Positions 24,350 through 36,839 of a stretch of 64,000 nt of DNA are shown here, in pieces. Position numbers and translations under genes: made by a program. Below the pieces are notes generated by a model. The model did not search any database. It saw only the letters and a list, made by a program, of their open reading frames with translations, and was not told the origin of the DNA. The DNA is taken from assembly GCA_030704615.1 (NCBI GenBank), contig CM060732.1, positions 41,106,001-41,170,000 on the forward strand, read 5' to 3'. Source of the DNA: Takakia lepidozioides (taxonomy: Eukaryota > Plantae > Bryophyta). Every line of letters starts with the position of its first letter. Within the stretch, counting starts at the first letter, position 1.

Positions 24350-27033
24350 CAGTGTTGTACTGTTTATCAACTTTTGATGATAACATGCGGGTCCTGGTAG
24401 AAAGAATTCCTAATTTCATGCTCTGGCAAGTTCTCGAATATTAAAAAAATTATGGATTTTATTACCATTGAGTATCAATATTGCATGTTCTGTAATTTTC
24501 GACTCGGTTATCAAGACTGGTATTGCAAAATGTTATATTGCATGTTAACTATCAACAGAGGGTATCAATAGTTCAGTCAACATAGTGCACACATTCAAAA
24601 CATGTATGCTTCAACATATGCATAATGCAACTACATGTCTTTGAGCACATAGCCATAGTCATCCTCACTAAGCACATAATTTGTAGATGCACATAATCTA
24701 TAGCTGCTCCTACTGCCAACACAGCTAACTACAGATAATTGCAGTAATCCATAGCTGCTCCTGAACTCCATATACTCCAGAAAACCCAACCTGCAAGATA
24801 GTAGAATAACAACAGATTTAGCAACTAAACAAGAACCACAACCAATGACAAACAAACTTAAAGTTGATCAACAAGATCATACATACAGAAATGAAAGGTG
24901 AGGGCATACCTATTCATCACTCTCAAACAAGCCTGCTTCAGAAATGAGCTCCTCATTCTCGTCAACAAGTGTATCCTCGGATTCAAAGAAATCAGCCAAT
25001 TTTCCTGCTTCAACTAGCTTAAAATTTGTCCTGGCATCACTTGACCAATTTTTATAGATCATGACCAGCTTGTCAAGGTTTTCCACACCAAGACGACAAC
25101 GTCGCAATGAAGTGAGCACACCAACCACTGAGAAAATCCTCTCGGTTTCTATTTGAGAACCTAGAATGCCTAAAATCTGCCGAGCAAGATAACCAACATT
25201 GGGAAATCGAGTCTCATTTTCATACCACCATTTCAGAGGGTCCAGGTTTTCAACATCCTCAACATGATACCGACGAAACAAAGACAACTCAGACTTCAAC
25301 AACCCTTCACTTGCTTCCTCATTGGAAGCTGCTGAACCAAACAAAGAATCACTTGGAGCTGGCTGAACCACCACTGGATTCACAGTTTGAGCACGTTCGG
25401 GACTTAAATGGACCAAAACAATGTTTAGAAGAGGGCACCCCTTCCAATGTCATCCACGATACACTGCAATCCTTTGAATCGGGGATCCAGCATTAACGCA
25501 AGTATGTCATGTGCTTTGACTTGTGAGAAAGTTTCAGCAAAAGCCAGAAAAGGCCGTAACACGTCAGTGACCTGAAAAGCCATGCGAGCATACAGTATCT
25601 CTATTTCTTGGTCAAAGTCCCCACAACGCAATGGAGGCACAACATTAGCTCTCCGTTCAACAATCCTCTTCATCGTGCTCATAATGGCAAGAGCAGAGTG
25701 TAGTGCATCTGACAGCAGCCAATAACCTCTACGCTGGTTAAGTAAACATTGATGTACAACAGGGTTTAGTGTTTTAGTCACTGCCCGAGCAATGGCCCAT
25801 GTGGAGCCAATGGGCACCCTGGATTGCAGAGCAGTGGTCTGCCGTGTATAACAGATGTTGATAGCCTGGGCATACTCCAAAGTCTCTTGGAACAATATAA
25901 CTTTGGAAGCAAAACGAGTTTTCACCGGGGTCTTAAATTTCCGCCAAGGCATGCCTGCCTCTATGCAAGCCTTGTCCCATTCCACCTTTCCCTTCCCTGA
26001 TTTTTTTGTCCAAATAATGGTTTTTTGAAGGGCAGCTTGTGCATCTTTTAGGCTTACTTCCTTCATGCCCATACCAACCTTGTCTTGGTTTGTGGCATAC
26101 TGACATGCCTTCGGCATAACAACCAAAGCAGGAACCAGGATATGGAGCAGAACGGTTAAGTGGCGTACATGAAACCACCGATGTAAGGGCAGTAGTAAGG
26201 GTGCCCAAATTGGCGCATTCATCTTTCACATATGTCAGTGCCACTTTGTTTGTCAAGTTGTACTTTGCCAAGAGGGCCTTTATCTATTGGGCAAGAGCTG
26301 TTCCACAAGTGTTGGGTGCCTCAAACAAGCCAACAGTTATGTGACATGGAATCCACACTTCATTGATGAAGTTGATGACCACGGCAAAAGTATCACATCC
26401 AGATCTACTCATCCACAAATCAAAGGTAGTTATCACGGTAGTAGCTTGTGCAATGCAAGGCAGCACATATCATTCCATAGTTTTCTACAACAGATTAGGA
26501 AGATGTTCCTTCACAAGTTGCTTCTTGGTAGGAAATACCACCTGACCACATTGACGCATAACCAACCGCCTCAACCATGGATTCTCTACTGCAGACAAGG
26601 CATATAGCCCTTAGCAATCAGGAGCACTAAATCCTCAATGAAACGTATCTGAGCAGGGTTGTCCTTCCGGCCATTCAAAGCTGATTGTTGTTGCGATTGA
26701 ATGCCCCCTCCCAAATCCCTAGCAGATCGTGCTCCTGAATCCACCAAATCTGCCGCTGATTGCATTCATAAACCTACCATATCTGCCGCCTTAGCCCATG
26801 CTCATACCAGGAACGACAACGGGAGGAGGCGGCTGGTATCAACAACGAGTAGAAACGGCAAACCCTAACCCCAGCCGGTAGGGTTTCTGAGGAAAAACCA
26901 CCTTACGAAGACTCGATAGGTCTGTTACAGGTGAAATTTTCCTACAACCTATAACTGTCGGGTAGGGTACCTGGTAACCGGGTTGATGACCGGGTTGATA
27001 ACCGGGTCAACCCTCTATACCAGTCCAACATTG
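24350..27033 (-). mobile_element. hAT DNA transposon (defective)
   Basis: TIRs CAGTGTTGTACTG / CAGTCCAACATTG (11/13 match); exact 8-bp TSD GTTTTATC (24342-24349 / 27034-27041); subterminal ACCGGGT repeats. Confidence 0.95.
24910..26660 (-). pseudogene. hAT transposase pseudogene
   Basis: TFDLWMS (first D), YVKDECANL, KTRF, MLDPRFK, and the dimerisation domain DPLKWW...SQIETERIFS, spread over frameshifted ORFs. Confidence 0.92.
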
Positions 27034-28204
27034 GTTTTATCCCTTGTCTGGGACTCATACCCAGGTCACACATGACATATGTATTGCCTCAACGCAGTTC
27101 CCATAACGAGACCCTTGGCACGCATCAGTGTCGGGCCGTTCCTACACTGGCGGAGGGGCGTCCGTTCAATGTAGTTTTCTAATGCAAGAGAAACTACGTT
27201 ATGGAGATGGAAGTGCGTTCCTTGAATGTTGCAGCTTGTAATAAGGCGCCGCCAATGTGGGAAGGCGCCAAGAGAGCAGGATTGCCTTATTGGATCTTAG
27301 CTACGAATCCCTCCCTATTGTTCAAATTGGGTCCCAACAAGAAAGGATGGGGCTTGTGTGGCCACTTGCCTTGCAGCGTTGGGAAGACGTCGTTCATCGA
27401 TATGTTCTGCAAACAGAGGAAAATGTTATGTGTGGCCTGGCTATCACTAACTGCAATTCTCCCTCCGCAATCAGCAATATTGCAGCATCAACCCGCCTGT
27501 GCAATCAATAAGGTCTGCTCCCTTGAAGGCCCACTCCATAGAAAAAACTATCATACAAGTACCTGACGACAGTTCCATATTAGGGATGATCGAAGGAGGT
27601 GATACACTCACATTGGAAGACGGCGTGCGGTGGTGACAGACTCTCACTCCAGCTCGCCAAACCCTGACAAGTACAAGTGGCGCGATCGTGGAGCTCTCTG
27701 GTGCAATGGGGCGTCGGCCGTTGGATTTAGGGCGCAAGGGAACTCACTTCCTAGGCGAAAAAGGCACGTTCCCATGGTGCTTTTTTGGCACCACCCGCCC
27801 AACAGCCATTTTCTAGCTATTCTTTTTTTCCAGGCCCGTGTTTTTTGCAAAGGGTGTCGCAGCCCACTTTATTCTGTTGGTATGGCAATGACATTTCTAT
27901 TACATAGTATGGTCCAGCGAACGAATATAATCAGTTAAAAAAATTACAATAAATACAGTATTTGTAAAAATAGAGCATAGCAACAAAACAAACATCTAAA
28001 TTATCATACAACAAACTGCAATGATTGTAAAAGGGTAGTTGAAAAGTGAATCACATACCTAAACTACCGGTTTTGGACCACCAGTACGTCACCAAGCCCT
28101 AACCATCTCTGAACCTTGCCACTACTCCTATATTACTCCTGCAGCAGCCATAGTCACAACCACAACCACTACTTAGTTGCTTCTCAGCCCCACCCACAAT
28201 AGTA

Positions 28205-28415
28205 AAACTATCTAGAAAGGCAGCTACCATAGTGAACTCCACATGGCTATACCAAATGGCTATACACCTACCTGCACAACTATCTACAAACTAGAACTAT
28301 CTAGAAAGTCAACTAGTGAACTCCAAATGGCTATACCAAACTATACTTACCTACAGAACTAAAAAAATCAACTAGTGAAGTCCATATGGCTATACAAAAT
28401 GGCTATATCTACCGC
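28205..28415. repeat. degenerate ~65-85-bp tandem repeat, 3 copies
   Basis: Recurring (AACTATCTAGAAAG)...TAGTGAACTCCAAATGGCTATACCAAA. Confidence 0.65.
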
Positions 28416-28849
28416 CCAATGGGCCCACCAACTACCCCTATATTCGTGGGTGAGATGGCCATAACAAAAATTCCATACATCCTAGGTGGGCCCATCTGCC
28501 CCCTTCTTTCTCTTGGCTTGACACCTCACAAGCCAAATTACCCCTATCCATACCCCTCTCTACGCCATCCCATTGGTCCGACCCTCCATCTCTTATTTTT
28601 GGACCTTCAAAAGAATCCTCATTAATGAAACTTCTCTACAATATTTTTTTGGTGCTAAAAAAAGGAAAAAAAAAAAAAAAAAAAAAAAAAACTGTTGCGA
28701 ACGTAATTCACCTCAAGTGTGGTCCCCAGGTGGTTATTTTTTCCACCTTTTTGTAACTCTTTTATTTAATCTGATTAAAAAGGCCTCCGTCCGCCTTTTT
28801 TTTTTTCATAGTTGAAAAGGGAATCCCCTTTCTGCTTATATATATAAAG

Positions 28850-29400
28850 GGAAACACATGTTGCGCGAAGGGGTGAAGCCCAACCGCATCACATTTGTTT
28901 GTGTTTACAATGCGTATGAAAGCCTGGGAGCCCTGGAAAAGCAAGGACAATGTGGTGAGGGCACCTTCTTCGTCAACCTATTTCAGCCTGTTTTGCGCTC
29001 TCATCAGACTCAGCCTTGAGATGCATATTGAATTCTGTAAGTTAGCTCATTGGGTGGATCTGTGGTGGTTTGGAATGACTTTGACAAGTAACTGCCGATG
29101 TGGCAGCAGGAAAGTATCCAAAAACAGATAACAGAGATGAGGATCTACCAAGCATGGGTGTGGTACGAATTCTTTGGAGACCTATGAGCAAATGATGCAT
29201 GAAGGGGTGAAGCCCCACCACATCACGTTCATTTGTGTTTGCAATGCGTGTGCAAGCCTGGGAGCCCTGGAAAAGGGCAAAGAGGTCCATGATGACATCG
29301 TCAATGCTGGAACTGTACCAGATGTCATTATGAACACTGCCCTAGTGGACATGTATGCCAAATGTGGGTGTATTAAAGATGCAAAGGGAGTTTTCATTTG
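28850..29400 (+). pseudogene. PLS-class PPR fragments
   Basis: ETYEQMMHEGVKPHHITFICVCNACASLGALEKGKEVHDDIVNAGTVPDVIMNTALVDMYAKCG; 5' part homologous to 35320-35490. Confidence 0.85.
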
Positions 29401-29519
29401 GACATGAAATGATTGACACTGGCCTTTTTATGCAGTTGGCTGTTTCACTTGGTAACAATAATACTCTTTACTAGGAAAAGGTAGCAAAAGCACTGTACCC
29501 ATTTTTCTCGAAGGAGAAG

Positions 29520-29708
29520 ACAACAACATCCTACTACGCCCCTTAGTAGTGAGAGGAGAAAATAACCTCTTTCATTTATGCGTCATGGAGGCAAATGAGC
29601 GGGACACCGCCTAGGAACCATACCACACCCGTCAGTAGCAAGATTTGATCCCAAAATCATTTGGGTGGAACTCAGTGCACTTAACCAACTGAGCTACTGA
29701 CTGTTGGT
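29520..29708 (-). mobile_element. tRNA-derived SINE (family 1)
   Basis: CAGTCAGTAGCTCAGTTGGTTAAGTGC...GGATCAAATC head; tail GAAAGAGGTTATTTTCTCCTCTCACTA also present at 23700-23727. Confidence 0.65.
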
Positions 29709-29740
29709 TTTTTTCTGCTTATAAAAACAAAACAAAAAAA

Positions 29741-29783
29741 CTAGGGCTTCACGTTGCTCCGCACTACTAGCGACGAAGTCTGA
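29741..29783 (-). mobile_element. Helitron-like 3' terminus
   Basis: Reverse complement TCGTCGCTAGTAGTGCGGAGCAACGTGAAGCCCTAG|T, matching 519-554. Confidence 0.5.
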
Positions 29784-30049
29784 TAACTATGTTCAATTTT
29801 CACAAAAAGGGGTGGGTTATCCCTATGGTGTTATATACAAACATCCCGTATTTCATTGTTTTTCAGAAGAGTATGGCGAAGTGTTGCCCAAGCTATCATG
29901 TCACGTCTCCACATTTCCTTGTTTGATGCAGCTAATTCTATCTACGCCCAAGAAGTGAGGGGGAGGGATTTAGCATTTGTTTTGTCTAGAGCGGAAGTCG
30001 GTTGAGAATTTATTTATTTATTTATTTAAAGGAAACCTAGGAACGACTG

Positions 30050-30215
30050 CTCACAATTCAAGCCCTTGAGGAGGGGGAAAATTTAACTCAGATAAGCCAT
30101 TAGGCACACAGGTGGGAATGTCACCACCAGACCAACCGGTCACGAACAATCCACACATCAGGCAAGGCAGCGGGTTTGAACCCCCAACCACCAGGGCGAC
30201 ACACTGTGCACTTAC
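30050..30215 (-). mobile_element. SINE family 3 abutting a PPR fragment
   Basis: AAGTGCACAGTGTGTCGCCCTGGTGGTT..GGTTCAAACCC...TTTTCCCCCTCCTCAAGGGC; homologous to 38545-38722. Confidence 0.65.
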
Positions 30216-31135
30216 TAGCTCCAAAGCCTCCATCCCGCATCCTTGTTGTGCATATCCTGCAATCATCGCACTCCACGACACCACATCTCATTCAGTCATA
30301 CTGTCGAACACTCCCTTTGCATCCTCGATGCACTCACATTTGACATATGTCCAGCGCACAGACGTGATGTGGTCGGGCTTCACCCCTTCCCCCATCATTT
30401 GCTCATAGGTCTCCAAGGCCTCCATCCCACGCCCCTGCTGTGCATACTCTGCAAGCTGCATCGCGTTCCACGACACCACATCTTGTTCAGCCATTTGAAA
30501 ACTCCCTTCGCATCCTTCATGCACCCACATTTGGCATACATGTCCACCAGGGCAGTGTTCAGGATGACATCTGGTACAAATCCATTTTTGACGATGTCAC
30601 CATGGACCTCTTCCCCCTTTTCCAGAGCTCCTAGGCTTGCACACGCATTGCAAACACAAACAAATGTGTTGCGGTTGGGCTTCACCCCTTCGCACATCAA
30701 TTGCTCATAGGTCTCCAAAGCCTCCATCCCGCATCCTTGGTGTGTATATCCTGCAATCATCGCACTCCACGGCACCACATCTCATTCAGCCATACTGTTG
30801 AACACTCCCTTTGCATCCTCGATGCACTCACATTTGACATACATGTCCAGCAGGGTAGTGTTCAGAATGACATCGGGTACAATTCCAGATTTGACGATGT
30901 CACCATGGACCTCTTTGCACCTTTCCAGGGCTGCCAGGCTTGCACACGCATTGTCATCGCACTCCACGACACCACATCTCATTCAGCCATACTGTCAAAT
31001 ACTCCCTTCATACATGTCCACGAGGGTATTGTTCAAAATGACACTTGGTACAATTGCAGCTCTAACAATGTCGCCATGGACCTCTTTCGCCCTTTTCCAG
31101 AGCTGCCAGGTTTGCACACGCATTGCAAATGCACA
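30216..31135 (-). pseudogene. tandem PLS-PPR triplets, frameshifted
   Basis: Repeated VVSWSAMIAGYAQQGCGMEALE / CNACASL.ALE.G.EVHGDIVK / NTALVDMYAKCGC motifs in several broken ORFs. Confidence 0.9.
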
Positions 31136-31169
31136 CAATCTCAACAAGTCAATTGTGGTCATAAGATAC

Positions 31170-31268
31170 CTTTTTCCAGTCTCTGCCATATTTTTGAAAT
31201 GCTTGATAGAAGAGCTCCAGGTCCTCTTTGCTCCAGGGAGGTCCAAACATGTCCAACAATTTGCGCTT
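31170..31268 (-). pseudogene. ALY: isolated exon of ALWAYS EARLY (Lin-9 homologue), N-terminal SANT/Myb region
   Basis: AG|99 nt|GT, translating as [33 protein letters not shown] (plant ALY consensus [33 protein letters not shown]). No other ALY exons recognised nearby. Not in the ORF track. Confidence 0.85.
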
Positions 31269-32149
31269 CTAATCACCAGCCCGCCCACTCACCTCAGTCC
31301 CATAAACTGCATTCAAGCAGCATCCAAAATTGGATTTCACTCTTGCTCACGCTGGGTGTGCTACCCATCTGCCCAGTCCCAATGACACCATTGCTCCTGG
31401 ATATGGAATTTTGTCGGGATCCAACAACCTGCAACCTGACATCACCAAAATCAGGCAAATTGTTCAATTGAATGCCTTTGATGAGGATGGATCTATAGGC
31501 AAAACCAGAAAGAGAGCTCAATTTGCTGGGACAGAAAGTGCTATTCCTTCTTCAAGTTGCTTAAAGGGCTCATGCTCAGGTCTATGGGCACTCCCCTCTT
31601 TCATTATCACCACGTTTAACAAAACAATGGTCACAAAAATAATGACCAAGAAGGCTGAAACATGGAAAAAGAGCAACCTTCAGCTTTGAATGTCAGTTTC
31701 ACAGTTTGCATTTATTGTTTCCAGTGAACACTGGTTATAGGGAGATTATGGCGGACAGACAACAATTACAATCTAGTCAATGTAAGATTAGGTTTGAAAC
31801 TTGGGTTTAGCTTCAAGCAGATGTGGGACTTTTGCAACCAGACACAACCTGACATACCCTTTGTGCTCATGGAAAATCAATCATGGAGACTCATTGTGCA
31901 GGTCTGAAACAAGGAAGTAAGGTGTAATCTAAGCTGCATTTTTTTTCCATACCCCCTTGCTGCCCCTAGAGCAATCCTTATTCATGTGGGCCGAACCACG
32001 TGTTGCAACAAGAATAGTGTCATAAAGGCTGATTGTAGTGTGGTCCACAACACATCATGTTGAACTCACAGAGAGACATTTATCTTCAAGTTCATCCATT
32101 TAGTAGGCCACCATGTGGGCAGGGGGAGAGAGAATGTGCTCATCTTGTC

Positions 32150-32210
32150 TCTGTTCTGCCCAAACTGGCTATGGGGTCTATGGCCACAATGCTACAGCAA
32201 ACGTCTTATG
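32150..32210 (+). mobile_element. LINE 3' end fragment (family of 5527-6310)
   Basis: GCCCAAACTGGCTATGGGGTCTATGGCCACAATGCTACAGCAAACGTCTTATG next to (GA)n. Confidence 0.7.
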
Positions 32211-32921
32211 CGTGGAACAGAGAGAGAGAGAAAGAAAGAAAACAAAGACACCAACCATTCTGCTCCAAAACAATGACGCCTGGTGCATAATGTAGGTGAT
32301 GTCAAGTACAAAATCACAGGTGAAACCAGCCTATATCTGATGTGGCATGCAGAGAAAGGAGCCTGATACACTTTGTTACAAAATGTAAACTGGATTCGGG
32401 GCTTCATCTTATATGGCATTTGCCAAGCATTTATCATGCCCACAAACTTTGTGCATTTTCTGCAATGTGAAGACATCTACAGATATAAGCAAGTTGCTGG
32501 TTGAGGGTCAAGATCACATCTAGTCAATGGGCCTACTAAGAAATCCTCAGAAATCTGCTTGTAGTCACTTCTTTGTCCTGATTGTTGATACCCATGATGT
32601 CGCGGCCCTTTGCCTTGAGGGCAGGGGGTCGGGACACGAGAGGGGCTGCCCCTGTGGTGGGGGCAGTGGCGACAATAGATGCGGGGGCTGAAGCACAGAG
32701 GCGCTCACTAGGTGGAGCCCCGCACACCGGATTGCGGTGGGGGTGGTTCCACGAGGGATGGTATTAGCTTAGTAGGACTTAGTGGGGGTGGCATAGGACT
32801 CACCATGAGGGCGAAGACCTTGTGGTGGGAGTCGTGGGGAGTCTTGGGACTCATCACGGTCCAATGAGACCGTGGTGGGTGGGCCAAGACTCACCGCGAC
32901 TCATCACCGGGAATCGAGGGT

Positions 32922-33386
32922 TTTCGTGGTGGTTCGCCATAAAATGGCATGGTTGTTTGTGAAACCCCCACGGACAGTCACAGAAGTATATATAGGGAGT
33001 AGTAACCCCGAGAACGGTGCAAGCCCATTGGTGACCAAAAACTAGTGAGTAAGCGTGCGAGCCGGAAAGCGACCAAGGTGTGGGGAGCTATTCCGGACTG
33101 CCATCGACCAAAGGGAATTTCCACTAGGCCCAAATTGGGAGAGGGTCTTGTGGAGGAGTAAAGAGGGACCGTTATGTCTCGGTGAGCAGCCGAAGCTCCG
33201 AGTTGGCCCGGCGGCCAGTTAGGGAGTTAGGCGCGTTCATCAAAGCGAGTAACTATGACTTGAAGGGGAGCTTACCGAAGTGAGGTGCGCGACACATGAC
33301 AGCTCTAGGCCTGCGCGGACTCGAATACCCTGTGTAAGACTCATGGCGACTAAGGTGTACCTCTGAGGAACTGCTATGCCGCTACA
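32922..33386 (-). mobile_element. probable 5' LTR plus PBS of an LTR retrotransposon (Ty3/gypsy-like), truncated
   Basis: The - strand starts TGTAGCGGC (33386) and ends ...GCCA (32945), followed after 5 nt by PBS-like TGGCGAACCAC; GC-rich leader downstream. Confidence 0.5.
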
Positions 33387-34399
33387 AAGATGCAATTATG
33401 TGACTGACAGAGTGAAGAAAGATTGCACCAATGACAGGTAATAGGCTGCCCTTACTCAGGAAATGGATTGAACTCTGGCTATCAACTTGTGCGTGGTGAA
33501 TGCACAAGTCTACTTAACATCTCCAAACGGGTGTAAGCGATTGCGAGCTGGTATGTGCAGACACATACTTGGACTTCAAGTCTAGTGAATAAATCTGATC
33601 CAAGCAATGCATGACATTCTATTGAAACCTCCAGTCCTCCCACCTTGCATCAAATTTACTCTCGGTAGTGAAGTGCTATCGTATATTTACCTTGTATGCT
33701 ATTATAATGCAGAGATCTGATCAGAAGTGCTACTCAAGATGGCACATTCACGCTCCAATGTGCACGTGCCCTCCTATCCTGGACCCACAATGATGCACCA
33801 CCCATGGAAAAATCCACTTGCCGTCACAACAAATATCCTGGCTCTGAAAAAGGAACCACCCATTTCATCTTTTTATCTCACAACTTCCCACGTGCAAGCC
33901 ACTTGATGTAAGGTGGAGGAAACATTTCAAAAGGTTTAACTATTTGTGAAGCAGAATAGTTTCCAAAATGAGCTTGATGTATATAGTATTGCTTGTGCAT
34001 TGGCTTACAGGTCTGATGCCTCTCTACCCCATGAACCATCAAATCACTTGCACTCTGTAGCTAGGCTACTCGGTCACCATAGATTTGAGCTTACACACAG
34101 TGGGAGAACACAAACCTATTGCTTCTTGAAACGGATGGTGCCCATCACACCCAACATCATCCCCATGCCCTGCAATAGCACAATGACTGCAGCAAAGAAG
34201 GGAGATAAATGACAATCCAAACTGCCACATTGGCTAAAAATTGTATGCAGAAAACAATGTAGATGAGTCTCTCTTGTGATGCATGCGATTTCAAGAAGAT
34301 GCCATTTGCAGTTGGCATGCAAGTGTCCACGAGAGGATTTAGGGTAGGAGTTGCACCTGCATACTCCTGGAGGAAATCCATTGTGGATGGTGACAAAGC

Positions 34400-35322
34400 A
34401 GCGTTCGGATTCCACCATGCACAGCCAAAAAGGTCCACCATGCAGCCATAATGTTCCACAGTAGCATTGAGCCCATGATCTTGACTCATGGAATCAAAAT
34501 AATGTTGGCCTTCATCCAGTAGGCCCCCGTGATTACATGCCAATAGAAGACATACAAAGGTGATACCATTCACCCTTCCTGTTGCATGTGTTCAAATACG
34601 TGGAGAGCCTCCCTACTATATTTGACATGCATCCTTCATGCTTCCACATTTGGCATACATGACCACAAGGGCAGTCTCCACGACACCACATCTCGTTCAG
34701 CCAGAGTGTTAAAAACTCCCTTCGCATCCTCAATGCACCCACATTTGGTAAATATGTCCACCAGTGCAGTGTTCAAGATGACATTTGGTACAATTCCAGC
34801 TTTGACGATGTCACCATGGACCTCTTTCCCCTTTTCCAGAGCCCCCAGGCTTGCACACGCATTGCAAACACAAACAAACGTGATGTGGTAGGGCTTCACC
34901 CCTTCGCGCAGCATTTGCTCATAGGTCTCCAAAGCATTAATCCTACCACACCCATGCTTGGTAAATCTTGCCAACATTATATTCCACGTGATCAAAGATC
35001 GTTGAGGCATTATGTTGAACACTTGGTGAGCATCCATGATGCTCCCGCACTTGACATACATGTTGACAAGGGTGTTGAGTAGGAAAACATTTTGGATAAT
35101 GTGAGTATGCACCTGCTTTCCAGCTTCCAGACCTGTCATCTTGATGCACTTAAGCAAGAGACAGACATACATATCTACATCTGTTGAAATGCCTCCTTGG
35201 TTTAGAGTCTGTAGAGCCTCTGTCAGTCTGCCTGTCGCACAAAGTATCTTCACATGCCCAGAAGTGCCAGAAGAAGCATTGTGGACTCCCTCTCTTGATC
35301 CTCTTTCAGAAGCTGTGGTCAT
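34400..35322 (-). pseudogene. PLS-class PPR gene (RNA-editing-factor type), internally deleted and 3'-truncated
   Basis: N-terminus LCATGRLTEAL..., L/S/P motifs, then L2-S2 (ITFVCLLLACNHGGLLDEGQHYFDSMSQDHG..ATVEHYGCMVDLFG); frameshifts; no E/DYW domain seen. Confidence 0.88.
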
Positions 35323-35504
35323 GGTTGAGGTACTTCCCTGTTGTCACATTGGCAGTATCATGTCAAAGTCACTCCAAACTATCAAAGGTTCACTCAACCA
35401 GCTAACTTGCAAATTCAACATGAAAATTCAGGGCCCATTCTGATAAGAGGGAGAAACAGGGTGAAATGTGTTGAAGAAGGTGCCTTCATTAGCAGTGCCT
35501 GGTT

Positions 35505-35790
35505 CTACCAGCAGGGAAGGCGCTGACAAGGCTGCTGACAATCTAGCCAACAAGCTGGTTATCAAAGGCTTGAGATTGAAGCTTATGTGGGGCAAAACCC
35601 AGGTTGCAAAATCTGAACTTGAGGGGACGGCTGAAGGAGAAGATAGTGGAAGAGGAAACCTTGGAAGCGGAATTCTATCTCATACAGGAATGCTTCCACG
35701 AGCAGTTATCTCCCAACAACAACAACAACATCAGCAAGTCGCTGGCCAAGATCAAGCTCCACTCAACTGTTTCAACGTACCTCCGCATGT
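35505..35790 (+). pseudogene. RBM22: fragment of RBM22/Cwc2-like splicing factor (plant MAC5), RRM C-terminal part
   Basis: SSREGADKAADNLANKLVIKGLRLKLMWGK...ILSHTGMLPRAVISQQQ; zinc-finger exons absent. Confidence 0.8.
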
Positions 35791-36439
35791 CGAAGAATTG
35801 AACTTGATGGTCCTCCACAGATGCAAACCACTACCAACATGGACTGAATATGACGAAATCGTGAATGAGCATTCATGCAGTCTATGTGATGGGCACTAGG
35901 GATTTCCTCTACCACTTGTTCCACCAAGAGCAGGTGGTGTCTGAGAGACAAACAACTCTGGGTTTGAGTTCTTGGATTTGCAGAGGACACGATACAAGTT
36001 ACCACATGGATTCCATAACAGGCCTGGCCAATAGGCAAAGAAGCATCTGCAGCCTACTGGAGTTTCATAAACTGTAGGTGAAGTTTTGAAACAAACAGAC
36101 AATTGGTCTATTTTTCCTAAACACCACAGCAACTGACCTCTCTTTTCTCTTCCGTCCTCCCTCCATTTCTCCTTCTTCCAAAGTGGGGTGGGGTCTGTGG
36201 CATATAGCAATGGCAACCCCTCTCATGAGTAGATCTATGGAGCTTAAGAAGTCTTCCACTAGGAGGATCAGAAATGCTTGGTCTTACATCAGATCAAAGA
36301 AGCAACGTGGTCAGCGTTTGGGAAGCCACCTCACAAGGATGATCAACGTTCGTTCTACCAATGAGAAGCCTTGGCCTGTGAAATTGATGCAATGTGGGAC
36401 GATTTTCAACGGCGTTCACAAGCCTAAGCAAGCAAAATG

Positions 36440-36839
36440 ATGTGATTTGCGGAGCCTTTGCAGGAAAACCGAAGCTAATCGAATGGGGGAAAAGCCACGG
36501 TGTGCATTGAGCAGCGAGACTGTTGAGAGCTTTGCAGCTTGCAAGGTGAACGATGGCGGAAAACGCAGAGCTCCTGCAATTCAAGTACTTCAAGAACCGG
36601 GCAGTCCGGGCACGCTCCGAAAACACTTGGCACTTTGGGGTTTTTTGGGAGGGCAGTCCGGGCAGGAACCAAACAAATTGACGACGAAACGTGGCGACGA
36701 TGACATGGTGACGATGACGTGGTGACAATGACATGACGACGATGACATGGCAATGATGACGTGGCGAAGAAAACGTGGCACTATGGCACCCTATTCCTGC
36801 TCTACACTAAACTAGCTTCCGACCTTCGGTCGTCGCTAG
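36440..36839 (+). mobile_element. GC-rich repeat with Helitron-like hairpin-CTAG end
   Basis: GATGACGTGG repeats; CGACC-TTC-GGTCG hairpin then TCGCTAG; shares GTCGTCGCTAG with 518-528. The next base is A, not the canonical T. Confidence 0.35.

Noticed and set aside
30243-31471. Long + strand ORFs (155-256 aa), and similar ORFs antisense to 39580-41200
   Set aside because: Shadow frames of PPR repeats on the opposite strand.
33400-34400. E/DYW deaminase domain downstream of the PPR S2 motif
   Set aside because: No PG box, HSEKLA or CxDCH motif found in the frames I read.
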